From the NCBI GenBank assembly GCA_964562165.1, contig CAZLRZ010000004.1, positions 1 through 41,261 on the forward strand: a stretch of 41,261 nt of DNA. Reading direction: 5' to 3'. Source of the stretch: an uncultured Candidatus Saccharibacteria bacterium (GTDB lineage: Bacteria; Patescibacteriota; Dojkabacteria; B142; OLB20). Position 1 is the stretch's first letter. Every line of letters begins with the position of its first letter. A model generated the notes under the pieces. It was not told the DNA's origin and made no database searches. It saw nothing but the letters and a program-made list of their open reading frames with translations. The translations under genes and the position numbers were made by a program. Positions 37,765 to 41,261 of this stretch are shown here, in pieces.

Positions 37765-38341
37765 ACTTCACCAATAATACACTTTGGTAATCTTTTAAGC
37801 CGTAAAGCTCAGTCTTTTTTAACTCGGCCACAACTTTAAATCCATTTTTTTTATGGAAATGAAGTGATGGCTTATTTGGGATAGGATTAGTCGCAACAAA
37901 AGAGAAAATGTTTCTCCTTTGTAGCCTAATCGCTTCGGCCTTAACAGTTTTATAAAGTTGTTGGCCAATTCCTTGATTTGCAAAGTCTCTACTTACAAGT
38001 AATCCCCCAAGTTCAAAATGTGGTTCGTGTAAGTATTCGGCTTTGAACTTTTCATCAATCCAAACGATACCACCGGTAATGTTTCTTCTAACAAAATCTT
38101 CATCATGCCCTTCTTCTATACGAATGTACCCGATAATTTGGTTGTCGTCTGAAAAGGCAAGATAAATTTTCCCTAAAAATTTTTCAAGGAATTTATCATC
38201 AACACCACCTATTAGATAACCTTCGTTTTCTAGCTTTTTTGTGTATTCCGAAGAATCGCACTTAGATATATCAATGATATTGTCATTAATAAAGGCAGAT
38301 AAGGCTAATAAGTCTTTAGCCTCAGCTTTTTTAATTAGCAT
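37754..38341 (-). CDS. GNAT-family N-acetyltransferase
   Basis: The acetyl-CoA motif A context LLVSRDFANQGIGQQLY, with length and layout typical of GNAT. Its 3' end overlaps the convergent gene by 11 nt. Confidence 0.75.
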   Translation of the reverse strand: MLIKKAEAKDLLALSAFINDNIIDISKCDSSEYTKKLENEGYLIGGVDDKFLEKFLGKIYLAFSDDNQIIGYIRIEEGHDEDFVRRNITGGIVWIDEKFKAEYLHEPHFELGGLLVSRDFANQGIGQQLYKTVKAEAIRLQRRNIFSFVATNPIPNKPSLHFHKKNGFKVVAELKKTELYGLKDYQSVLLVKSIS

Positions 38342-38346
38342 AAAGT

Positions 38347-39036
38347 TTATTTGAATCTTAAAGTACTAATCATTATATCAAACTTTGATTCATTCCCATC
38401 ATAAGTATTGTTACTACCTATCAAATTAACAACAAATTCCTTTGATCCAACCTTCACATAACCCAGCTTGGTATAGCTTCCGGTCTGTAACTCATTATCT
38501 TTAAATTTTCCTTCAATTACTAGCCAACTGTTGCCATCAATGGATTGGCTAACCTGACTATAGCCCGGTTCTAATTGAGTAATATAGTCACTGTTCCATG
38601 CTGAAGCGCTTTGTAATTGAGAAATGCTTAATTTGCCGGCATATTCGGATGCTGCGGGCAATTGATTTGGATCTAAGCCCAAGGTTGCAGGTGAAAAATA
38701 TCTAAACCACCAGCCATTTGGTCTATAAACCGTATATGGCAAGAAACTCATAGTATCTAACAACTTCCAATCTGCTGGAGGAGTAACCTCTGCAATAGGA
38801 GTCGTTGTTACAATTGTAGTTGTTGGAGCAACTGTTTTTGTTACACTTGCTGTAGCTGTTGCGGTTGTATTTGGAGACGCAGTTACATCAACATCATTTT
38901 CTACAGGTGTTGGAGTAGGTTCGTTGATAACATTTACTTGATTTGGAGCTACTAATAAATAGTACATTAATCCAAAACCTAAAACGGCAACGACAATGAC
39001 TACCAAAATAGAAACAAGAGTATTTGCTTGCTTCAT
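38347..39036 (-). CDS. Membrane-anchored hypothetical protein with a Thr/Pro-rich linker and a small C-terminal domain
   Basis: TM helix LVSILVVIVVAVLGFGLMYYLL, linker TPTPV..TTATATASVTKTVAPTTTIVTTTP, then PPADWKLLD..WWFRYF..MISTLRFK. Confidence 0.75.
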   Translation of the reverse strand: MKQANTLVSILVVIVVAVLGFGLMYYLLVAPNQVNVINEPTPTPVENDVDVTASPNTTATATASVTKTVAPTTTIVTTTPIAEVTPPADWKLLDTMSFLPYTVYRPNGWWFRYFSPATLGLDPNQLPAASEYAGKLSISQLQSASAWNSDYITQLEPGYSQVSQSIDGNSWLVIEGKFKDNELQTGSYTKLGYVKVGSKEFVVNLIGSNNTYDGNESKFDIMISTLRFK

Positions 39037-39124
39037 AATTTAAAAAGACTAAAAAATAATCTAATAATTGTATTGTAGTTAATTTTTAGAGATAAGCCAA
39101 GCTTTTAAAAGAAATCTAAGTTTG

Positions 39125-39511
39125 TTAGGGGGTAGATTCTTGAATTGACAAATTTTTTGAGTTTAATAATTCTAACAATTGGGGATCTATTGAAGTTACA
39201 TCTACATTGCCCTGCCGCATCTCACGTAAGATTTGGGATAAATAGATGTCTAAATCTGAATTTGATTCACCATTTTTTATATGGTTTAATAACATTTTTT
39301 GGGTTTCAGGAACAATAGTAGTTTTTCCAGGATTTTGTAAATCTGCAAAGGTTTTATTTGCTTCTGCCATTTTAGCATCCAAATCTTTTGGTACATTTCC
39401 ATTTTCAATCTGTTCCAAATATAAATCTGCTGGATCTGCTGGATCTGCTGGATCTGTTGGATCTGTTGGATCTGTTGTAACTTCTAACTCTCGTTGGGGA
39501 TTTTCATTCAT
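39125..39511 (-). CDS. Hypothetical acidic protein with an N-terminal (DPT)3(DPA)3 repeat
   Basis: 128-aa ORF: MNENPQRELEVTTDPTDPTDPADPADPAD.. Confidence 0.65.
   Translation of the reverse strand: MNENPQRELEVTTDPTDPTDPADPADPADLYLEQIENGNVPKDLDAKMAEANKTFADLQNPGKTTIVPETQKMLLNHIKNGESNSDLDIYLSQILREMRQGNVDVTSIDPQLLELLNSKNLSIQESTP
39425..39478. repeat. 9-nt in-frame tandem repeat x6 (3 x ATCTGCTGG, 2 x ATCTGTTGG, 1 x ATCTGTTGT)
   Basis: Read directly from the sequence. It encodes the DPT/DPA repeats of the 128-aa ORF. Confidence 0.9.
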
Positions 39512-39597
39512 ACTTGTTTACTTTTTTCTATTTTAATTCAATATAAAAAGCATTTAAATACCTTGTGTGTTTTTTTGAAAATATTTTAGAAAGATCT

Positions 39598-39673
39598 TGG
39601 TGGAGCTGGGGAGATTCGAACTCCCTACCTTTTCATTGCAAATGAAACGTTCTACCAAGTGAACTACAGCCCC
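39598..39673 (-). tRNA. tRNA-Ala (anticodon TGC), CCA encoded
   Basis: The reverse complement is GGGGCTGTAGTTCACTTGGTAGAACGTTTCATTTGCAATGAAAAGGTAGGGAGTTCGAATCTCCCCAGCTCCACCA, with the G3:U70 pair and anticodon loop TTTGCAA. Confidence 0.9.
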
Positions 39674-39686
39674 TTAAACTTAATTG

Positions 39687-39908
39687 TTATTTTAGTTCTT
39701 TGTAATATACCATAACCGTTTCCAATATTATCATACCCTTGGCATTTGATTGTTGATATTGTACATCAAGGACTTCAATTTCAATACCATCTTTACTTAA
39801 AAAATCGTTAACATCTTGTTCTAAATGTGCGAACTTATTTTCACCAGAGCCAAATATATTTGAAACTGTTCTTTGCACATTGTAAGTAAATAGTTTGATT
39901 TTTTTCAT
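39687..39908 (-). CDS. Small protein (73 aa), possibly Cse60-like
   Basis: The pattern KIKLFTY..LEQDVNDFLSKDGIEIEVLDVQYQ..ILETVMVYYKE resembles the pattern I recall for the small Cse60 family (KVKxFD..LEdxvNxFL..IevvDIkY..alvxY). This is a resemblance from memory only. It sits between two tRNA genes. Confidence 0.5.
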   Translation of the reverse strand: MKKIKLFTYNVQRTVSNIFGSGENKFAHLEQDVNDFLSKDGIEIEVLDVQYQQSNAKGMIILETVMVYYKELK

Positions 39909-39926
39909 AATTTTTAAAAAAGATTA

Positions 39927-40003
39927 TGGTGAGCCAGAATGGAGTCGAACCATTGACCCCGGTCTTATCAGGACCGTGCTCTAACCAACTGAGCTACTGG
40001 CTC
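39927..40003 (-). tRNA. tRNA-Ile (anticodon GAT), CCA encoded
   Basis: The reverse complement is GAGCCAGTAGCTCAGTTGGTTAGAGCACGGTCCTGATAAGACCGGGGTCAATGGTTCGACTCCATTCTGGCTCACCA, with anticodon loop CTGATAA. Confidence 0.9.
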
Positions 40004-40044
40004 AAAAAATGCTGTTCTATACAGCGTTTATAAAAGAACAAATT

Positions 40045-40102
40045 TATTATAGCTTAAAGCTTTAATTGTGCCAAGATTATATCAGAAAGAAGTCTTATAA
40101 CA
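40045..40102 (-). promoter_or_regulatory. Two tandem consensus-like promoters upstream of tRNA-Ile
   Basis: On the minus strand, the first is TTGGCA (40068-40073), 17 nt, TATAAT (40045-40050). The second is TTGTTA (40097-40102), 16 nt, TATAAT (40075-40080). Confidence 0.5.
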
Positions 40103-40187
40103 ATAGTGATCCTGAACATAAATCCTAGCAGGATTAGTTAATTATAGTTCCTTTACACTCCCCTAATTAAAACGGGAGCCCTTTTAC

Positions 40188-41051
40188 TTAATAAATAAAT
40201 TCAAAAGTTTTTAATGTTTCGAGCATATTATTACTAAAAGGCTCTCTAATACCAAGGGCAAAAACTAATTGGTCTTTTTTGGAAAGTATACCAAGAGCTT
40301 CAGCAGGCCCAAAGATACCACCATTATTGTCATTGCAGGTGTAGGTAACATCAACAGTAGCTTTATTCCATGTATAAGTACCCAGCTTTAGATATGAGTG
40401 CTTAACAGAATCTTTCCATTCATTTATAGAAGGAATACAGTCATGTGCCTGCAATTCCATCGCGGTAAGACTTTTTAGTGTATCTGAGCCAGCCAATTTA
40501 TAGCCAGGAGCTCTAATATAATAAGATTTGGCATTTGTTGCAATATCTCCTTCAAACACTTCAACTAAGATTCCTCCATTTCCTACCTCATAACTTGCAC
40601 GAACACTCATGCCTTCCGGATATCTAAAGTGAAATTCAGAAAGCAATCCTTTTTCTGGTTTAGCGCCATAAATATATGCAGTCCTACTATCGAAGACATT
40701 CCAATCAGGATGTGCAGAAAAATTTGAGATTGTTGGAGAAATAGTTGGTAAAGCCGTAGATGTTGTAACAGGTTCGTCTGTTGCCGTAATTGAAACCGTA
40801 TTAGTAACCTCAACATCATCTGTCGTGACAACAGTCGAAGTAGGTGTGACTTTAATTAAATTATCGTTATTTTGATCTTTAGGTAAAATTGCTATTAATA
40901 ATATGACCACCAGGAGTAAAAACAGTCCTACAATAATACCAATTATTAAAAGAGTATTATTCGTTTTGTTTGAAGGTGATTTTTGAACATCGGATGACAA
41001 AATATTTGTCGATTCTGATGGTTTATCGGGTAATATTTCCTGAGGATCCAT
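40188..41051 (-). CDS. Membrane-anchored hypothetical protein with a Thr/Val-rich linker and C-terminal domain (same architecture as 38347-39036)
   Basis: TM helix LLIIGIIVGLFLLLVVILLIAIL, linker TPTSTVVTTDDVEVTNTVSITATDEPVTTSTALPTISPT, then AHPDWNVFD..FHFRYP..LETLKTFEFIY. Confidence 0.75.
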   Translation of the reverse strand: MDPQEILPDKPSESTNILSSDVQKSPSNKTNNTLLIIGIIVGLFLLLVVILLIAILPKDQNNDNLIKVTPTSTVVTTDDVEVTNTVSITATDEPVTTSTALPTISPTISNFSAHPDWNVFDSRTAYIYGAKPEKGLLSEFHFRYPEGMSVRASYEVGNGGILVEVFEGDIATNAKSYYIRAPGYKLAGSDTLKSLTAMELQAHDCIPSINEWKDSVKHSYLKLGTYTWNKATVDVTYTCNDNNGGIFGPAEALGILSKKDQLVFALGIREPFSNNMLETLKTFEFIY

Positions 41052-41079
41052 AGATTAATTTATAAAAAATATCTAAGAA

Positions 41080-41107
41080 ATTCTAACAGGATTAATTATC
41101 TTAAGCA
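41080..41107 (-). promoter_or_regulatory. Promoter candidate for the 287-aa ORF (TTGCTT, 16 nt, TAGAAT)
   Basis: On the minus strand, TTGCTT is at 41102-41107 and TAGAAT at 41080-41085. Confidence 0.35.
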
Positions 41108-41112
41108 AAAAA

Positions 41113-41133
41113 ACAAAAAACCACCTTACGGTG
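41113..41133 (-). terminator. Short GC hairpin plus T-run downstream of the 16S 3' end (weak terminator candidate)
   Basis: CCACC (41120-41124), TTAC, GGTGG (41129-41133). On the minus strand it is followed by TTTTTTGTTTTTTT. The stem is only 5 bp. Confidence 0.4.
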
Positions 41134-41243
41134 GATTATTGTTTTTAGAATTTAACAACTGAAAAAGGTAGCAGAAAGTCAACGCCTTGTGAGTATTCTT
41201 TTCGTACACTTAATAAACAAAGTGTTTATAATCTAACTCCTTA

Positions 41244-41261
41244 GAAAGGAGGTGATCCAGC
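41244..41261 (-). rRNA. rrs: 16S ribosomal RNA, extreme 3' end only (gene continues right of window)
   Basis: The reverse complement of the window end is GCTGGATCACCTCCTTTC, the universal 16S 3' terminus with the anti-SD CCTCC. Confidence 0.8.

Noticed and set aside
41237-41261. The hairpin CTCCTT AGAA AGGAG at the window end as a regulatory element.
   Set aside because: This is the ordinary 16S 3' terminus followed by an anti-SD-complementary AAGGAG in the spacer, as seen in many bacteria.

Overview
AT-rich bacterial chromosome segment that is compact and mostly minus-strand after about 9.1 kb. The gene content suggests a small-genome, Patescibacteria/CPR-like organism; that assignment is inference only. 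No gene start I checked has a GGAGG-type Shine-Dalgarno sequence.

Left part: mreB (truncated at the edge), then tRNA-Thr/Tyr/Thr, rpmG, tRNA-Trp, secE, nusG and rplKAJL. There is no tuf in this cluster and no rpoBC after rplL. In the rpoBC position sits a 7TM protein plus an ATP-grasp/retropepsin-like fusion.

Middle part: a second MreB-like gene, tRNA-Arg, two tandem long-form ndk genes, tmk, comEC in two ORFs, comEA, a cyclophilin, leuS, an HD hydrolase, tRNA-Ala(GGC), a LysM-M23 peptidase, rho, radA, clpC and rpsA.

Right part: an rRNA locus on the minus strand that looks pulled apart. The order is 16S 3' end, a 287-aa ORF, tRNA-Ile, a 73-aa ORF, tRNA-Ala, three ORFs, a convergent LOG-methyltransferase fusion, and then 23S-5S with its own promoter-like and boxA-like leader and its own processing stem.

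The most interesting region is 27350-32577, between 5S and rpsA. It is a minus-strand operon of six proteins I cannot place in any family. It contains a tandemly duplicated module: a ~90-aa protein translationally coupled to a large protein. The two large proteins have unrelated N-terminal regions but share a C-terminal glycine-zipper TM hairpin and tail.

Other points worth a second look are a duplicated tRNA-Ala 3' end bounding a small inverted-repeat-flanked noncoding segment, two candidate structured RNAs, and in-frame coding tandem repeats. I saw no CRISPR array, transposase, integrase or recognisable defence gene.
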